A DNA stretch of 64,000 nt from assembly GCA_963665815.1 (NCBI GenBank), contig OY762463.1, forward strand, positions 2,816,001 through 2,880,000. Direction: 5' to 3'. This DNA is from Candidatus Cloacimonadales bacterium (GTDB taxonomy: Bacteria; Cloacimonadota; Cloacimonadia; Cloacimonadales; JAIOQZ01). The position numbers were made by a program, and so were the translations under genes. The notes under the pieces are model-generated. The model was given only the letters and a program-made list of their open reading frames with translations, had not been told where the DNA came from and did not search any database. This document shows, piece by piece, positions 62,152 through 64,000 of this stretch. Each line of letters opens with the position of its first letter. The stretch's first letter is position 1.

Positions 62152-63879
62152 TCATTCTCTGATCAGTTCCTGCCAGAATTCCAGCATCAGCCATTTCTCG
62201 ATATTGGCTGCATGTGACCTTTCTCCGGTTTTGAATTTGTTGTACCAGTCTGATATTATCCTATAATCATATAGACTGTTATTCTTAACTTCAAGAGAGT
62301 TGATTTTATCGGTAAGATACTCAGAGATTGTGTTCAGGAAATCCGCAGATCTGTTATCAACATACAGCTTTCCCTTTAAATGTTGTATTCTGGCAAAGAT
62401 GTAGCCTTTATAAAGCCCTGAACCGTAAGGTACATTTGTACCGTAGCGTCCTTGTGTGAATTTCCTGAGCTCAGGGTAGTTCCTCTTGACTATGGATCGG
62501 CTTAACTTGCTGTCATTACGCTCTTTCTCAGAAAAAGCAAACACTTCTTTCAGAAATACTGGCTGTAAATAGGGCATAAAATTTGGTAGGATAGAATCCA
62601 TGTGAGCCTGAAATAAGGATGCACTGTTAGGCATAAGATACTTAACGCGCATTACATCGAACCAGTCCCCGTAGCTTCCTTCTGACAAATCAGGTAGTTT
62701 GTCAGCTTCATTCTTCATGCAGGATTTTACTGAGTTTACAAGGCTTTTCTGTATATCTGGATTGAATATACTGAGTGGAACAGGTTTGCGAAACATCATG
62801 GCTATTTCATCGTAGTTTTTGTCTTTGAAATAACTGCGACCATCCAGAATTATTCTGTTGGCAACAGCTCTTCGCATAAGATCGCCCATTCCACCATCTA
62901 TCATACTGAATCCCTGAGAATACAACTCTTTGAAATATAGCTGATTCCGTAAAACAGATGGAACAGAGCGCATCTGAGTATGATAAACAAAATCTCTGGC
63001 TTCTTTTAAAGTATTGTTTATGCTCGTAAATTCCTTGTACAATACCTGATGACTGAATCCTAACTTTTTTGACATCTCTACAGGAATGTAAACATCAGGA
63101 TTATGTTCTTCTCCAAAAGTATGTGCTGAGAATTTATGGCTGCTGTTTTTCAAAAGCAGACCAAGCAGCAGACGTGAGTCCATACCACCGGACAGTCCCA
63201 GAGATACTTTCTGTCCTGAATCTGACATCAATCTTGTGAAATTGCTCAGGATTTGTTCAAGCTTATCAAAGTTCTTCTTCGTTTTTCCAAAGACTGTATA
63301 TGGTCTACGTTCTATATTCAGCTTAACGTTACTGATAATGTTTTTCTCATTAGGTCCCATTTTAATGACGTCTTTGATGAAACATTTATAACTGAGTGGA
63401 TTCATTGAAAGCAAATGTGTAGCGAACACTTCATAGTCAATTTGTGGAGAAGGAATCAGCTTTACGAGCCAATCCAGTCTGGTAGAAAACAGGAATGTCT
63501 CCTCCAGCTCATATATATAAACAGATCTTAGTCCAAGTTCATCATTGCGGAATTCCAGTGTATTATTGTAATACCTGACAGTCAGATAATGTCCGTTTAA
63601 TGCGGAATAGTTGTTTTCGGTAATCCTGTTATGCCATTCAGGCTGTGAAACAATTTTATAGTTGGAACTATCAGAGATATCTATCCCCAGTCCATTGCAG
63701 AACCAGGTTGATTCAGCATCAGAACCGTAAAAGCATGTCTCTTTGATACCTCCACTGTAAATCAGCAGTTTATCCGATTCAAAAGCATGAATATGCTCAG
63801 GAATCAGCCTCTGAATCTGTTTTTTTAGATCAGGATTAAGCGACTTATTTTTTGATATTGTTCCGATTATCCAGCTCAT
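62152..63879 (-). CDS. Asparagine synthetase-like ATP pyrophosphatase, N-terminal Cys absent
   Basis: LNGHY, NDELGLRSVY (Ntn-like domain), LSGGMDSR PP-loop; begins MSWIIG rather than MCGI. Confidence 0.75.
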   Translation of the reverse strand: MSWIIGTISKNKSLNPDLKKQIQRLIPEHIHAFESDKLLIYSGGIKETCFYGSDAESTWFCNGLGIDISDSSNYKIVSQPEWHNRITENNYSALNGHYLTVRYYNNTLEFRNDELGLRSVYIYELEETFLFSTRLDWLVKLIPSPQIDYEVFATHLLSMNPLSYKCFIKDVIKMGPNEKNIISNVKLNIERRPYTVFGKTKKNFDKLEQILSNFTRLMSDSGQKVSLGLSGGMDSRLLLGLLLKNSSHKFSAHTFGEEHNPDVYIPVEMSKKLGFSHQVLYKEFTSINNTLKEARDFVYHTQMRSVPSVLRNQLYFKELYSQGFSMIDGGMGDLMRRAVANRIILDGRSYFKDKNYDEIAMMFRKPVPLSIFNPDIQKSLVNSVKSCMKNEADKLPDLSEGSYGDWFDVMRVKYLMPNSASLFQAHMDSILPNFMPYLQPVFLKEVFAFSEKERNDSKLSRSIVKRNYPELRKFTQGRYGTNVPYGSGLYKGYIFARIQHLKGKLYVDNRSADFLNTISEYLTDKINSLEVKNNSLYDYRIISDWYNKFKTGERSHAANIEKWLMLEFWQELIRE

Positions 63880-64000
63880 AGGGCTCTCTCATTGTTTTAT
63901 ACTGCATTAAAAGCGGGGCTTAAAAATTTGGCAATGAATTTTCTTTTTTCATTTCTTTTAATAAGAAATGAAGATTGTTAGAACAAGAGAAGTTGATTCG

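Noticed and set aside
61886-63879. Lasso-peptide cluster around the asparagine-synthetase-like gene
   Set aside because: No precursor, RRE or leader peptidase visible; the small neighbour is a VF530-family protein

Overview
64 kb of AT-rich, mostly core chromosome from an anaerobic diderm bacterium. It is most likely Candidatus Cloacimonadota, inferred from the 16S signature stretch GCAGCAGTCGAGAATAGTCTAC and three secreted proteins with FlgD-Ig/T9SS-type-A-like C-terminal domains. Contents: one complete tRNA-less rRNA operon (16S-23S-5S); a pstSCAB-phoU operon converging on phoB-phoR plus a small sigma factor; an ErcA/ErcS-like Fe-ADH + histidine kinase pair; a TAXI-TRAP transporter; a long lptE-rluB-ychF-ftsK-lolA-manC-ABC-Hpt gene string; pepT, purL, hldD, pruA; a poly-HAMP chemoreceptor; a gingipain-like C25 protease. 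I saw no CRISPR array, prophage, intact transposase or tRNA. Most notable: (1) a P3-less (tungsten-type) Moco riboswitch with an anti-SD hairpin upstream of a metal-independent P5C dehydrogenase; (2) an unassigned pseudoknotted RNA-like element before purL; (3) a sigma factor translationally coupled to phoBR; (4) a pro-less cysteine peptidase coupled to a separate propeptide-like gene; (5) two copies of a small MITE-like element. All family calls come from motif recognition by eye, not database searches.
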